64,000 nucleotides of DNA from assembly GCF_009914755.1 (NCBI RefSeq), contig NC_060942.1; one strand, written 5' to 3'. The stretch comes from the human T2T-CHM13v2.0 reference genome, Homo sapiens. Position numbers and translations under genes: made by a program. The stretch's first letter is position 1. The number at the start of each line of letters is the position of its first letter. Positions 28,694-46,230 of the stretch are shown here, in pieces. The notes beneath the pieces were generated by a model that was not told the DNA's origin, did not search any database, and was given only the letters and a program-made list of their open reading frames with translations.

Positions 28694-28834
28694 GCTGGGT
28701 CCTTAAACAATGAGAGCGGACTGGTCAGCTGCTACTTTGGGCAGCTTCTCTCCAAATTAGACAGGATCAAGACTGATTACACACTGAGTATTGCCAACAG
28801 GCTTTATGGAGAGCAGGAATTCCCAATCTGTCAG
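28694..28834 (+). CDS. SERPINB12: SERPINB12 coding exon 3 (AGSLNNESG...ANRLYGEQEFPICQ)
   Basis: Acceptor ccttag, 141 nt, ANRLYG serpin motif, donor CAG|GTGAGT; translated by hand (absent from ORF track). Confidence 0.96.
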
Positions 28835-30200
28835 GTGAGTTGCACACGAATGGTGACTAAAGCTACCATGTAGCATACTATTTAAAAATCAGGGAGTAGC
28901 TGGGTTACTCACCTGCCATCTAGAACACAAACCTCTTTGACAGGATGATGCGCTGTGGACTGGTGAGGTGTCCAGGACCTCCCTCTTTCAGTCCCACAGT
29001 TTTCTTCTCTTCCCAGTGTTCAATGTGAGCAGTTTACGGGGCCCATTGTGGGTGGAATAGAGTGGGTGGGAAAAGGTTGTGTGAGTAATGGAGGCTTTGG
29101 AGCACGTGTGGGCTTGGTAATGGCATCCTCTCCTGACTGTCTTCCCCAGTCAATGTGCCTGGTTGCTGCACTTCTCTCTCCCTTATCTGTTAGGTGCCCC
29201 CAAGACATTTCTGTGGAATCTCCTTTTGTGCCAGGATCAGGCTACCCCCGCAATGCAATTGTGTTCACTATGCTCTTTTGAGAGTGGGGTAGCAGGAGGA
29301 GACTGCGTTTTGGCATTTGGAGCTGAAAGGCACAGGACTTGTGTCTGTGGCTAAACAGCTTCGTACCTAGAGCAAGCTGTGTCTCCATCTGGGCTTCAGT
29401 TTCCTTTTGAATCACTAGAAGGAGCCATGTGCTAAATAATAAATGTGGGGGATATGACCAATGGCAAAGACGTGACATGGTTGGTTAGAGCAGGACTAGC
29501 CAGGGGTTGGGTGGCCTCCTTTGGCCAAAATAAGTGTGTTTCCTTGCAATGAAAGTAAGATTTTTCATGCTGGATTTTTAAAAACTAGCCTTTTGATGAG
29601 CTATAAATTCATATATTAAACAATTCACCTGTTAAAAGTACACAAACCAATGGGTTTGGTATATTACATTACTGATTTTTTAAAATTATAGTAAAATACA
29701 TATAAAATTTACCATTTATGTGTACATTTCAGTAGCATTACTTACATTCACAATGTTGTGTAACCATCACCTTATCTATTTCTAAAACTTTTTTTTTCAT
29801 CACTCTAAACAGAAACTCTGCAACCATTAAGCGGGAGTTTAATTCTTAAAAACAGAAACATTTTCCAGCCAAGTCTCTCAAGTTACTTGATACTTACCTT
29901 GTGATGGCTCCACAGATGGTTTGTTGAAATAAAAGGATATCCAGTAGGAAAGGCTTGTCCCGTTGTAACTATAGACTGTTCATGAATAATATTTGATATC
30001 CTCATTTTTCACTAAAAAAACTGAAATGTCTCTGGCTAGTTTAAGACTGGGGATGGCTAGAAACTGTCAGGCCTGTCCATGAAATGTGAAATGACCAGGC
30101 TCATCTTTCTTGGGAGACTTCTCAGGAGAGCCTCACTCCTAACTACGAGCATCACTGCCTGACTTTATTGCATTATTTCCCTTTTATTCCAATGGAACAG

Positions 30201-30318
30201 GAATACTTAGATGGTGTGATTCAATTTTACCACACGACGATTGAAAGTGTTGATTTCCAAAAAAACCCTGAAAAATCCAGACAAGAGATTAACTTCTGGG
30301 TTGAATGTCAATCCCAAG
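30201..30318 (+). CDS. SERPINB12: SERPINB12 coding exon 4 (EYLDG...INFWVECQSQG)
   Basis: Acceptor aacag, 118 nt, donor AAG|GTAAGA. Confidence 0.96.
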
Positions 30319-30456
30319 GTAAGAAAGCCCAAAAGCACGGGAGCTGGTATTGGTTTCCATTTAAAAGAAAATTGGTCTGCCTAGCTTTGCAGACTGCTGG
30401 TCTACTGGGGGCCAGAGGTTCACATATGTGGACTGTGTTCAAAGCATGGTTTGCAG

Positions 30457-31152
30457 AATGAGATACCATCTCACACCAGTCAGAATGACTATTATTAAAA
30501 AGTTAAAAAACGACAGATTCTGTCAAGGCTTCAGATAAAGGGGAACACTTATACACTATTGGTGGGAATGTAAATTAGCCATTGTGGAAAGTAGTTTGGA
30601 AATTTCTCAGAGTTAAAACAGAGCTGTCATTCGACCCAGCAATCCCATTACTGAGTATATATCCAAAGAAATAGAGATCATTCTACCAAAAAGACATATG
30701 CACTCATATGTTCATCACCACACTATTCACAATAGCAAAGACATGGAATTAACCTAAGTGTCCATCAATAGTGGGTTGGATAAAGAAAATGTGGTACATA
30801 TACACCATGGAATACTACACAGCCATCAAAAAGAATGAAATCATGTCCTTTGCAGTAACATGATGGAAATGGAGGCCATAATCCTATGAATTAACACAGG
30901 AACAGAAAGGCAAACATTGTTCTCACTTATAAGTGGGAGCTAAACATTGAGGACACACAGACATAAATATGGCAAGGAACAATGAACCCTCCAGATACTA
31001 ACTTGGGTCAGGGAGGGAGAGAGGAATGGGTTGAAAAACTACCTATAGGGTACTATGCCTACTATCTGTGAGCAACATGCCATGTAACAAACCTGCACAT
31101 GTACTTCCTGTATCTAAAATAAAAGCTGAAATTTAAAAAAAAACAAAACAAA
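30457..31152 (+). mobile_element. Primate L1 (L1PB/PA) 3' end
   Basis: gagataccatctcacaccagtcagaatg...gtaacaaacctgcacatgtac...A tail; TSD-like aaagcatggt at 30441 and 31153. Confidence 0.92.
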
Positions 31153-32693
31153 AAAGCATGGTCTGAACAGCATCAAACAGTTAAACTGCTTAGATATTGC
31201 TGTTATTTATTATTGCAGTTTTGGTCTCTGGTCTTGCTGGCTCTGGGCGGGAAAGGAGGACACCAGCCTCGTTAGTGCTGATCTTCTAGGTGGGGCTTAG
31301 AGAATGCTCCCTTCTACCGGTGCCCGTGTGAATTTGAAAAACAGAATAAACTCTTCCCTCCAGGACCAAAGTTAGTGACCTGAAGGGTCAGGTCAGGCTG
31401 CTGGACATAGACTAGGCCCCTTTTTGATCATCGTGTGGGGCTGGCGAAGGTGTTCGTGTACAGTGAAAAGTTTGGAGTGCATGAGAGAGCACAGGTAGTG
31501 CATTATGTCTCCTGCCTTCAGAGTGAGACCATGACCCCAGGCATTTGCATACATTTTGAGTGGCTGGAGGCTGGGAAATGACAGTTGACTTATTTTAGGC
31601 TGTCCTTGGTACCAGAGTGACAGTTTCGGTTCCTCCCTTCCATTTGGTGGCTTTCTCTCCCTGTCTCCTCTTTTTCTCACACTGACTTAGGGATGGGATA
31701 CCCCTGCCTGCCTTTCCTTGGGAGAAGTCTCTAAATTCCAAAATTATTGCTTTTTCCTTCTTTCATAGGCCATAAAAATGACCATTCTTTCAAGGCTCTA
31801 CTCAGCTGTCAAAAGGAAAGCAATTCATTAATGAAGCTCATATTAAGGCCTGGATATGTACTTTCCCCTTAGTGAGTTAACTCCTCCAGAAAATTTTAAA
31901 TGTAGATGATGTCAACCTAATCTATTATTATGGGATTTAAATAGAGCTCTTCTTGAGAGGGAAGATCTTTTCTTCTTAAGACATCTGCAAATATTCAAGT
32001 AACTGGTGATTTGGTAGTTTGAGTAGGAAAGGGTGTATACTAAAGGTGGGATATTGCCCGCTAGCCTGGGGCTTTTCAAGTGGAGCTTAGGGCTGTGTTA
32101 TTGTGGAAGGAGCCCCAGAGCTGAGCCCAAAGGTGGAAGGCCTGAGGACCCATTCCTGCCAGTCTTACTGCTTCTTGGCTGTGTGACTTCAGCTCTCCCT
32201 GGATGCAATTGATTCTTCTATGAAGAAGGGATAATGATACCTCCTTATCGTGGGATGGATCAATTAATTGATTAAGGTGGGGTGGAATGAGAAAGAGCAT
32301 ATAAAAGTATCTATAAAATAGGTTTTATATCATGGTCTAGCACATTTATGTGTATTTTTGTTTACATGTAAGCATATACCTTATGCTATGTTGAGTGCTT
32401 GAGACAGGAAGTTTATATTGTAGTTCTTTGTTCTCAAGGGAGCTTATCATATTGTCAGATGACTAACTATATAATTTGAAAGATAAACCATAGTATAAGA
32501 TGTCTACTGACAAGTTCCAAACACAAGCAATACAGGGAATCAAAGGAGATTCCTTCTGTTACAGTGCTGTGATTGGACCCCCTGCGAGGTGGAGTTAGAG
32601 GGTTTCTCCCCTGCCCCATCACCCCCTCGCTTACCTCCAGCCAGGACTGTGAATTAATCTTCTTGGGTTAGTTCTTGAATGAGACACTCCCTA

Positions 32694-33029
<336 letters not shown>

Positions 33030-33088
33030 CTACACAAATGCTTTTGATACAATTCATACTCAGGATATTCTCTGGGATCTTTTTTTAG

Positions 33089-33231
33089 GTAAAATCAAGG
33101 AACTCTTCAGCAAGGACGCTATTAATGCTGAGACTGTGCTGGTACTGGTGAATGCTGTTTACTTCAAGGCCAAATGGGAAACATACTTTGACCATGAAAA
33201 CACGGTGGATGCACCTTTCTGTCTAAATGCG
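33089..33231 (+). CDS. SERPINB12: SERPINB12 coding exon 5 (KIKELF...LVLVNAVYFKAKW...FCLNA)
   Basis: Acceptor ttttag, 143 nt, LVNAVYFK strand-3A motif, donor GCG|GTAGTG. Confidence 0.96.
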
Positions 33232-34023
33232 GTAGTGTATCAGAACTCATGGTTTTCTAGCTAGCCAACTCATAATTTCCACTAGGAATGATTTGCAATA
33301 TGTATACTCGAAAAGTTACAGCTTACATTTACAATAAGAACATTTTTCGTTGATAAGAACCAGTACCTGAATTTCATTGAGTATTTTTGTGCCAAGTGCT
33401 TCCTGCACTGAGTATTCTTCCATTTGTTATTTCATTTGTTCCCCCAAAGAGCATTATGAGATGGGTGTTATTACGATTTCCACTTAGGATTTGAGACAAA
33501 AAAAGGAAAGGCTAAGTTAGCTGGATTCATGCATTAGGATTCAATCTGTGAGTGTTTGCCCCAGAAACTTGTGTTCTAAGCTAGTAGATTTAGAATGGGA
33601 GGAAACAGAAAGGGTTGGGTCCCAGCCACCCACTTGTTGGCCAGCTAGCTTATTACTGGAGATGCATTTTTCTCTCAAGCACCAAATATCCCCATCTGCA
33701 GGTTGATGACCCCTCACCCACCACCTTGAGGTTATTATGAGATTTAAGGTGCCTGGGGTTGTGCTGTCCCTCTGAAGGAGCAGGTGTTGTTATTTAATAT
33801 GGAGATGATTCTCACTTAACATGTCTGCCCTTGGTGCTGTGGTGGGGTCATCCAGGCCAGCTGGCATGGGGTGGTATGAGGCCAAGAGGCTGGGCTGGGA
33901 TAGGCCCTACAGTGGGACAGCTGGCAGGGCGTGTTTCTGCTGACTTAACAGTGGAGATGCTTTGATAGTAAGTTTACTAATAGTCACCTTGGGAGCTGAA
34001 GAACTGATTAAAAAACATGGAAA

Positions 34024-34311
<288 letters not shown>

Positions 34312-34555
34312 AAACACCTGGCCCCCATCCCCGTCACTCCACAACAAAAAAAGACACGGAAAGATAAAGTGTTGGCAAAGTAAGGGCCACTGATGAGTGG
34401 GTAGACTCTTGTAGGCTGGATCCCTGGTGTGGCTCAGGACTTCTCCTGCAGAACCTTCTCATCTTTAGGAACCCCTGTCCTCCGTGAAGCTGGGGCCATA
34501 TGAATTTGGGAGTTTCCCATAGCCGTCCTGTGACCTCCTACCTTGACTACTACAG

Positions 34556-34723
34556 AATGAAAACAAGAGTGTGAAGATGATGACGCAAAAAGGCCTCTAC
34601 AGAATTGGCTTCATAGAGGAGGTGAAGGCACAGATCCTGGAAATGAGGTACACCAAGGGGAAGCTCAGCATGTTCGTGCTGCTGCCATCTCACTCTAAAG
34701 ATAACCTGAAGGGTCTGGAAGAG
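34556..34723 (+). CDS. SERPINB12: SERPINB12 coding exon 6 (NENKSVKMM...SMFVLLP...GLEE)
   Basis: Acceptor tacag, 168 nt, donor GAG|GTAAAT. Confidence 0.96.
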
Positions 34724-35717
34724 GTAAATCTTCATTTCCACATCTCTACAAAATATTTAATGATAGATCTTTAGAGAACAACACTGTCTACTATCTACCA
34801 TCTCGAGGAAATTCAGTACCTCAGCTGTCAGAGACATCAAGGAATGTGTAAGAATCTGAATTAGATTAGATATTTATTCCTCATTTGTTTAGAATTAAAC
34901 AACAAATGCCAAAAATATTGGGATTGGAGTTTCTTCTTTAATCTCATAGCTCTCTGCCACTGTTTTAGCAAATCAAGGAATCTGGGTTCTGAGTAACTTG
35001 AGAAGTTTTTAAATTTTCCCTTTTCTCTGAATATTCTGACTTCTGGCCTCTTACTCATACCATTTTTCTATAGCTCAGTTAATTAAAGAATTAACTGAAT
35101 ACTGTTTTGGGGAATATGTACCTTGACAGAAGTGTAGAGAGTGACAACAGAATTGATTGCTTGTGAGGTAGGAATTCATAAAGGCTGGAGAAGCTCAGCT
35201 ACAGATTGTCCAGGGGGGTAAAGAGATAAAGATAGAAGGAGAGAGAAAGTGAGAAAGGAATACCAATATAGCAGGTATAGTAGTTACAACATCAATAACA
35301 ACCATTATTCAGAATTTGCTATGTGCTATCACTGTGTTAAGTTCTTTATATACATGATTTTATTAATGCTTGCAAGAACTTAATCATATTATCTCTCTTT
35401 TATGGAAGAGGAAATTTAACTTCAGAAAATGAGGGCTTGGCCACAGAACTCAACTAATCGACTGAGCTTTGCTGTGCTTTGAACACTTGTCTCTCAAACA
35501 CCAGAGCACACTGGAACCTGAGTTGTCCCCTAACTTCTTCTAAAGAGGAAAGATATTTGCTTGAAGTTTTAAATGAAATCAGACTATTCTCTAGCTTAGG
35601 GAAAGGTCTTGAAGGTCGTCACTGCCCACTGAAAGGGACTCAGGCACCTTGAAGTAATTGGGGCATTCTTTGTGGTCCCATAATCTGATGCTAAATATTA
35701 TTTCCTTCCTCTTGTAG

Positions 35718-36122
35718 CTTGAAAGGAAAATCACCTATGAAAAAATGGTGGCCTGGAGCAGCTCAGAAAACATGTCAGAAGAATCGGTGGTCCTGTCCTT
35801 CCCCCGGTTCACCCTGGAAGACAGCTATGATCTCAATTCCATTTTACAAGACATGGGCATTACGGATATCTTTGATGAAACGAGGGCTGATCTTACTGGA
35901 ATCTCTCCAAGTCCCAATTTGTACTTGTCAAAAATTATCCACAAAACCTTTGTGGAGGTGGATGAAAACGGTACCCAGGCAGCTGCAGCCACTGGGGCTG
36001 TTGTCTCGGAAAGGTCACTACGATCTTGGGTGGAGTTTAATGCCAACCACCCTTTTCTCTTTTTCATTAGACACAACAAAACCCAAACCATTCTCTTTTA
36101 TGGCAGGGTCTGCTCTCCTTAA
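35718..36122 (+). CDS. SERPINB12: SERPINB12 last coding exon with reactive-centre loop (P1 Arg codon 36012-36014)
   Basis: Acceptor ttgtag; hinge ENGTQAAAATG, VVSER/SL, FNANHPFLFFIRH, ILFYGRVCSP-TAA; exons sum to 405 aa with the short CD-loop donor. Confidence 0.97.
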   Translation, partial: LERKITYEKMVAWSSSENMSEESVVLSFPRFTLEDSYDLNSILQDMGITDIFDETRADLTGISPSPNLYLSKIIHKTFVEVDENGTQAAAATGAVVSERSLRSWVEFNANHPFLFFIRHNKTQTILFYGRVCSP

Positions 36123-36496
36123 AAGGGGAGCAGTGTCTAGTACTTTGGAGCTGGAGGAAAATATCAATACAATCTTCCCCTGGCATAAGATGGGCATTTG
36201 AGTTTTTGGTAATATCTAAAGCATCTCCTTCATCCTCCAGCCATCGGCTTGTGCTTATCTTGATCTTTCTGTCACCCTGTAGCTTATTTTCATCTGAGTC
36301 TGTTAGTATTGAAGGGCTGTTGTTCTCTACCCTAAACTTTCAAGCATATAAATTCACCCTCTGTGACCTGAAGGTCAACACAATTCAGAACAGTACCTAC
36401 CTCCTTTTGAAGGAATCCTAAAAGTTCAGGTCATTAGACCATTTCTAAGAGATGGCAAACTCAGAAGCCACTTTAACATGGGCAGCAAGAGAACAT

Positions 36497-36589
36497 GTTT
36501 GACTGGAACGTGTTTGGAAACTCAGCTCTGTTTCTGGGGTAGTTTGACCGGAACGTGTTTGGAAACTCAGCTCTGTTTCTGGGATAGTT
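36497..36589. repeat. 2 x 45 bp tandem duplication (probable 3' UTR)
   Basis: gtttgac(t/c)ggaacgtgtttggaaactcagctctgtttctggg at 36497 and 36542. Confidence 0.9.
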
Positions 36590-36985
36590 ATGATTGTGGT
36601 CATCACTGGGCGAGATGCCCTGTTTCTTCCTTTGACAGCTACTGCATGGAAGATGTCCTGTGAGGTCTTTTCACCTAGGACAAGGCAGGGCTTGGGCGTA
36701 TTTAAGTGATAGCTCAAAGATGTGTGACTGCCCCAACCAGCACTCATTTTGCACAGAGCAGGGGAATGATATTTGTCTTGTGATTTTGACACTGACCCAG
36801 GAAAGTGGCTAGTGGATTTAGAGGAGGTTTATCTCAGTTTTCCTTATTGAGTCCCCCAACATTATCATCAAACACTTCCCTCTGTCTCTCCTCCCCCTAG
36901 CTCCAAGAATTCCCACCTGTGGCTAGCTCCTTTTATGCACCCAGCACAGGCAGGTGTCAAGAGAAGTGCTGCTGGCATTGTGGAC

Positions 36986-37120
36986 GGCTGGCCTCCGTAT
37001 GCCCCTCTCTCTGCCTTCTGGCCACGTGGAGGCTGGCCTCTGTGTGCCCCTCTCTCTGCCTTCTGGCCACATGGAGGCTGGCCTCCGTGTGCCCCTCTCT
37101 CTGCCTTCTGGCCACGTGGA
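36986..37120. repeat. 3 x 45 bp GC-rich minisatellite (probable 3' UTR)
   Basis: ggctggcctc(c/t)gt(a/g)tgcccctctctctgccttctggccac(g/a)tgga at 36986, 37031, 37076. Confidence 0.95.
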
Positions 37121-37207
37121 CTTTTGTGTCTTCCGAGAGGTCTCATGCCAGACCACATGGTGACAACAGGCTTGAGCCTGGGCATGGTGTCCATAGCAAT
37201 GCTTGTT

Positions 37208-37568
<361 letters not shown>

Positions 37569-38409
37569 TCAAGCTCTAGTCCACTGAAGGCCTGACCTCT
37601 GAGTGTTCCTACTCGCGGACTCAGGGCCTCTGTTCTCTGGTGTGGTAATCTGAGTTCCTAATTTCTATCTTAGCTGAATGTTCTGCCATGACCACTGACA
37701 CGTCCAACTCACATCTCTTTGGAGTCAGTCTCTTTCCTATCGAGGTGGGTTTCAGGTCTTGCTTGTGGCTCAGTTTCCTTGGCCCACCTTGTGGCTGTCC
37801 TCCTCCCAGCTGCCACCAGTCGTTCAGTGTGGCCACGCAGTTTTTTTGCAGAAGGCAGGTGAACCACACCTGCTCCCATGCTAGCCTCCTCTTCCTTTTC
37901 TCACCTACCCCAGTGATTTCTTTGTGCTCTGAGAGACAAGTTCCATGTTCTCCATACAACCTTCTCATTGTTGAAGCTCACTTACGACCTAAAACAATTT
38001 GACGTTGGTAACGTGAGGCAGTTTGAGGCAGTGCCCTATCCAGAATGCATGTCCCATGGGTCAAATTAATTTCAGATAACCAAAAACTTCATGTCCCCTG
38101 TGGTTCCTTTTGGGGTTGACGTTTTGGGGGCTGTTTCCATGTCTGACTTGGCACCACTGCCCGACACGTAGCTGGAAACCATGACCTATATATAGGCCTG
38201 CACTGCCCGGCATTTCTTTTGTTCTTATTCTTTTACTTGGTAAACACATTTTTTTTTTCATTTACGTCGGGATTTCTCAGATTTTGAAGCATGAGAGGGA
38301 GAATGTATCTATTTACAATAATGAGGAAAATTAAGAATCTTAAATCTTTATGTAAATCAGTAAACATTCTTTACTAACCTTTGATTTATTAAGAAGTTTC
38401 TTCTGAATG

Positions 38410-38415
38410 AATAAA
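38410..38415 (+). terminator. SERPINB12: Candidate SERPINB12 polyadenylation signal AATAAA
   Basis: First canonical AATAAA I found downstream of the stop codon, followed by T-rich sequence; usage is inferred. Confidence 0.5.
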
Positions 38416-38710
38416 GCACTTTTGTTATTAGTTAAAATATATACGATGTGTTGCCAACTGATTTTTTTAGGGATATAAATTTAACTTCAAACTGTTTCAT
38501 CCAAAAATATAAAAATACATAATCTATGAAACTAACAATTCATCTCAGTTACACAGGAAAAATACATCTTGCCCCAGTAATAGTTTCTCCCAGCTTTCCA
38601 TCATAATTACATATGAAGGCATATAAAAAAGATGAAAACTGACAATGCTAAAACCAGAGTGATAGCCAGCTGATCATCAGAATATAGAAGACATTTCTGC
38701 CGACTACAGG

Positions 38711-39013
38711 TTTTTCTTTTTTTTTTGTTTGAGATGTAGTCTTGCACTGTTGTCCAGGCTGGAGTGCAGTGGTGCAATCTTGGCTTACTGCAACCTCTGC
38801 CTTCTGGGTTCAAGTGATTCTTAAGCCTCAGCCTGCTGAGTAGCTGGGATTACAGGCGCCCGCCACCACGCCCAGCTAATTTTTGTATTTTTAGTAGAGA
38901 GGGGGTTTCACCATGTTGGCCAGGCTGGTCCCGAACTCCTGACTTCAAGTGATCCACCTGCCTTGGCCTCCCAAAGTGCTGGGATTACAAGCTTGAGCCA
39001 CCGTGCCTGGTCC
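38711..39013 (-). mobile_element. Alu (AluS-type)
   Basis: Antisense Alu; TSD-like ctgc(c/t)gactaca. Confidence 0.95.
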
Positions 39014-40636
39014 CTGCTGACTACAAGTTAACGAGGCTGGGCAGTGAGGCATTGTTGAGGGGTCACCTGCATCTCATTGCCAGTGAGTCAGTCTGCCTGT
39101 TTCCTCCCATTGCTGCCTTCCTCTGAGTTCAGAAACACATGCTGTCTCTCAACTTGAATTTTAGACGTCTATCTCTTTATTTTGTACTTGCTGCTGTCCT
39201 TCACCCTCTGTCTTTCTTATTAGTTAGTTTCTTTTTTTCTGCAGCCATTTGAAGACTGAATGACTTCCCAATTATGACTTGGGAGAAGGTGAGGACAGGC
39301 ATTTGTTCTTTCCATCCTAGGCAGTTTAGTCATCAGCAATAAAATACTTTTGGTGGAGCCAAGGACAGGAAAAGCCTTGGTGGCAGTGTTCTTGGATATT
39401 TTATCTACACTGTCTGTCTAAAGTGTCCCAGACCCAGGCCATACAAAGAGGAGAATATTTACCTGAGCCCAGCAGAACTACACTAGATGGAAGACTTTCA
39501 GACACTGGAAATTATGTTCCAAATAGGGAGACCTTGACTCTTCATTTTTCTTGCACCAGCAAGATTGACCCAGCAATATGGTGCCCAGGGGTAGAAAGAA
39601 CATACAAGTCCATAGGCTGATATAATTGCTGGAAAGCCAACCAGAGCATGATTTTAAATCAACAAGAGAATGAGCTCCCCACTTCCTCAGTTTAAGGTTT
39701 TCTCCATATAGCAATGTTGACAGGTAGAACAGATGAGGTAATGTAGATTCAAAAACAATTGTTTCACTTATGCTGACTGTAAATATTCTGGTAAGAGAAA
39801 CATGGACATATAGTACTCAACAGGCTCCCTAATAGATACAGAATCTGTATGTTCAATTGCATTTCAATTCAAGTCCTCCTTATAACTTCACACATTGTCT
39901 AGCGCATACTCCTCAAACTCTTCTGTAGTTTTTTTCCTTGAGCTGCGACAAGCCAGAACATGTGTTGCTTCATTCCTAATTGCTGTTTACAGATTTTGCA
40001 TGCTGGTATTTTTAAAAATTACACTGTCATTAACCCGAGGCGGAGGTCCAGTTGGAGCAACAGGGTGAGGAATCTTGTGCAGTTGTCTCAATGGATTTCT
40101 TTGCTCCACAGTTGAATGCCAATTCCAGATGTGTTCTTTATCCACACCACTCGTCTTGCATTCTTCGTTTCCCAAATCCATTTTATTTTCTTCTTACTCA
40201 ATTAAAAGAATCCAAATCCTTTCTTTACCCAATAAAAACAGAAAATATCCCCAAATATGCATACTTAAGTATATTAAGCATATCAATATACTTATTAAGC
40301 ATATTAAATAATAATATATTCATAGTATTTACATTAACTGTAATATATACTTGATATTTAATTTATAAATGCTCATATTCTAATGCAATAAATTTCCCAT
40401 TTTAAATACTGTTTCCCTTCATGTGCTTCAACAAAGTTTTAGCTACAGAGAGGTGAAAAGGATTTAAAAAGCAATCCAGTGCACAACAGCGGGGCTGAGA
40501 AACTTGCACACCTCTTGTTGACACACATAGGTCCTGAACAGATCATTCCATGTTCAAGATTAAATAAGTAGAAACAAAAGTATAAGGTATGAAAAAAATA
40601 AGTGCCAAATAAGAAGAGATATATCATGTTATAAAT

Positions 40637-40660
40637 GAGAGAGAGAGAGAGAGAGAGAGA
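40637..40660. repeat. (GA)n microsatellite
   Basis: gagagagagagagagagagagaga. Confidence 0.9.
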
Positions 40661-41566
40661 CTGACTTCATAAAATGATTTACAGCAAGAACTGGAAGAAG
40701 CTTTTAGAAAATATGCCCAAAATGCATATTAATTTTGGGCATAATTAATAGGATTTAAGAAGACACAAAATCTATGGAATTGGAGTGCAATGCCACAAAG
40801 ATAAACTCTGATAAGATGTGAAAAAGCTAAATGAGATGAAAACAGACCACTAGGGAACAAAAAAATGCAATAGATGCCATAGAAGAATTTAAATAGAATT
40901 TAAAGGCAATAAAGAAGCAAAACTGACATGCTGGAAACTTTAGTTAGTGATGAATAGGGTGTATTTGAGTGTGTCTCTTAGAATGTATAGGAAATAATAA
41001 GAGAGAAGTTGGTAGATATAAAGAGAGAATAGAAAGTAAACCCAACAATTATGGTGTTTCTCAGGAAAAAAGAAGACTAATTGGCATAAAGTCAACAATC
41101 CATGACATGATGGAAGAAAACCTTTTTAACTTGGATAGTCACAGGATCATACCGAATGATTCGCCCTCCCCCTGCAGAGCAAAAACAGACATGCTGAAAA
41201 ACTTTAAAAGATTGAGAAAGTAATCCTATCAGCATTTGGGCAAAAAAAGAAATAGTTATAATGTATAAAGGATAAAAAAAATCAGATGAGCATCAAATTT
41301 TGTTTTGTACAAAATTTCTGAAGATAGCGAAACTTAGTGTGCAGGTCTGAGGGAAAATATATGATTAAAGAATTTCATATCTAGGCTGGTTGGCTTTTGT
41401 GTATGCATGGAACAGAAAACCATTCTCAGATCTATTTTGGTGTATGCGAATGCAGATATATTTTATCTTTAGCTCCTGACACCATGCTGTAAACATCACA
41501 GGAATTAAAATTAAATGCATGTTGTTTTGAGTGGCATCCAATGCAGTCAAAGACTCAAAAAGCTAG

Positions 41567-41940
41567 TGTATTAATCCATTTCATACTACTAATAAAGACA
41601 TACCCAAGACTGGGAAATTTATAAAGAAAAAGAGGTTTAATGAACTCACAATTCCACATGGCTGGGGAGGCCTCACAATCATGGCGAAGGAGGTAGCAAG
41701 GAAGGCAAAGGAGGAGCAAACTCATGTCTTACATGGTGGTGGGCAAGAGAGCATGTGCAGGGGAACTCCCTTTTATAAAATCATCAGATCTCATGAGACT
41801 TGTTCACTATCACGAGAACAGCACAGGAAAGATCTGCTCCCATGATTCAATTACTTCCCACCACGTCCCTCCCATGACACCTGGGGATTATTATAATTCA
41901 AGGTGAAATTTGGGTGGGGATACAGAGCCAAACCATATCA
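41567..41940 (-). mobile_element. THE1-type MaLR solo LTR
   Basis: tgtattaatccattt...ccaaaccatatca; TSD-like gctag / gccag. Confidence 0.9.
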
Positions 41941-42159
41941 GCCAGTAAAAAAATTCCTTCAGTAAAACTATGACCTCAATTGATAATCAATGGAAGAAGA
42001 GAAATTCCTCATTTAGAATTCTCACTATGCCCAATAATTGTTGGCAGCTGTGACTTTTCCCCTTAGCACTGGTTTTTTTTTTTTACAATGTTGGGTTCAG
42101 GCATGGAATGAGTTTCAATATCCAGAATAAGACTGCAACCATGAAATATCTGAACTGGG

Positions 42160-42380
42160 ACAGTAATAACACTAATACTTGTGCTTATTGTGTGCCAGCT
42201 TTTGTCGAAGACCTTTATGTGCCCATTTAACACTCTCACTCATCCTAAGAGGTGGGTTATTATACTTATCCACCCTTAACAAATGAGGAAACAGAGGCAC
42301 AAAGAGATTAAGTAATTTGCCTAACATCCCTCAGACAGCAAATGATTGAACTAGGATTTTTAACCAGGCTGTCTGGCTGG
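42160..42380 (-). mobile_element. MIR
   Basis: atgaggaaacagaggcacaaagagattaagtaatttgcc. Confidence 0.75.
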
Positions 42381-42659
42381 ATGTTATACAGAAGATATAT
42401 CACCACCACTCAATGAAAGTATCAAGAAGTAGAAGTTCCCAACAAGGTTTGTAAGCCACTAATACACTTGCCCCAAAGCACATTCAGGCCCTACCACCCT
42501 GAAATTGCCAAGGCAAGTTGTGGTAAACCCCAAAGCAGTATTCATAGACAGTCTAATGAGGAATCTCAAATACGAAGAGAAACCTACAACCCAGATCTAC
42601 CACATGACTGTAGAAAATAATCACATGAATAAAGGGTATCAGCCTCAACAGAGTTAAGA

Positions 42660-44620
<1,961 letters not shown>

Positions 44621-44849
44621 TTATTAGAAAACAGAAAATAATTAAAATGCATAAATTGTTTTTTCCTCCAGAATTTTGAAAAAAGAACAACATGCTTCAC
44701 AAACCCAAATAAAGGTAAAAATAATAAAGACGAAGGCAGAAATGTAAAAAGTGAAAGACAAAAGCTTAAAAAAATTAGAGTTATGGCAAAAAGAATAATG
44801 ACACTAACCAACAATTTAGGAACAAGAGAGGGATATATACTATTTTGTA

Positions 44850-46230
<1,381 letters not shown>

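Noticed and set aside
35719-36201. 160-aa alternative-frame ORF and antisense ORF over the last SERPINB12 exon
   Set aside because: Shadow frames of a real exon with no recognisable homology.
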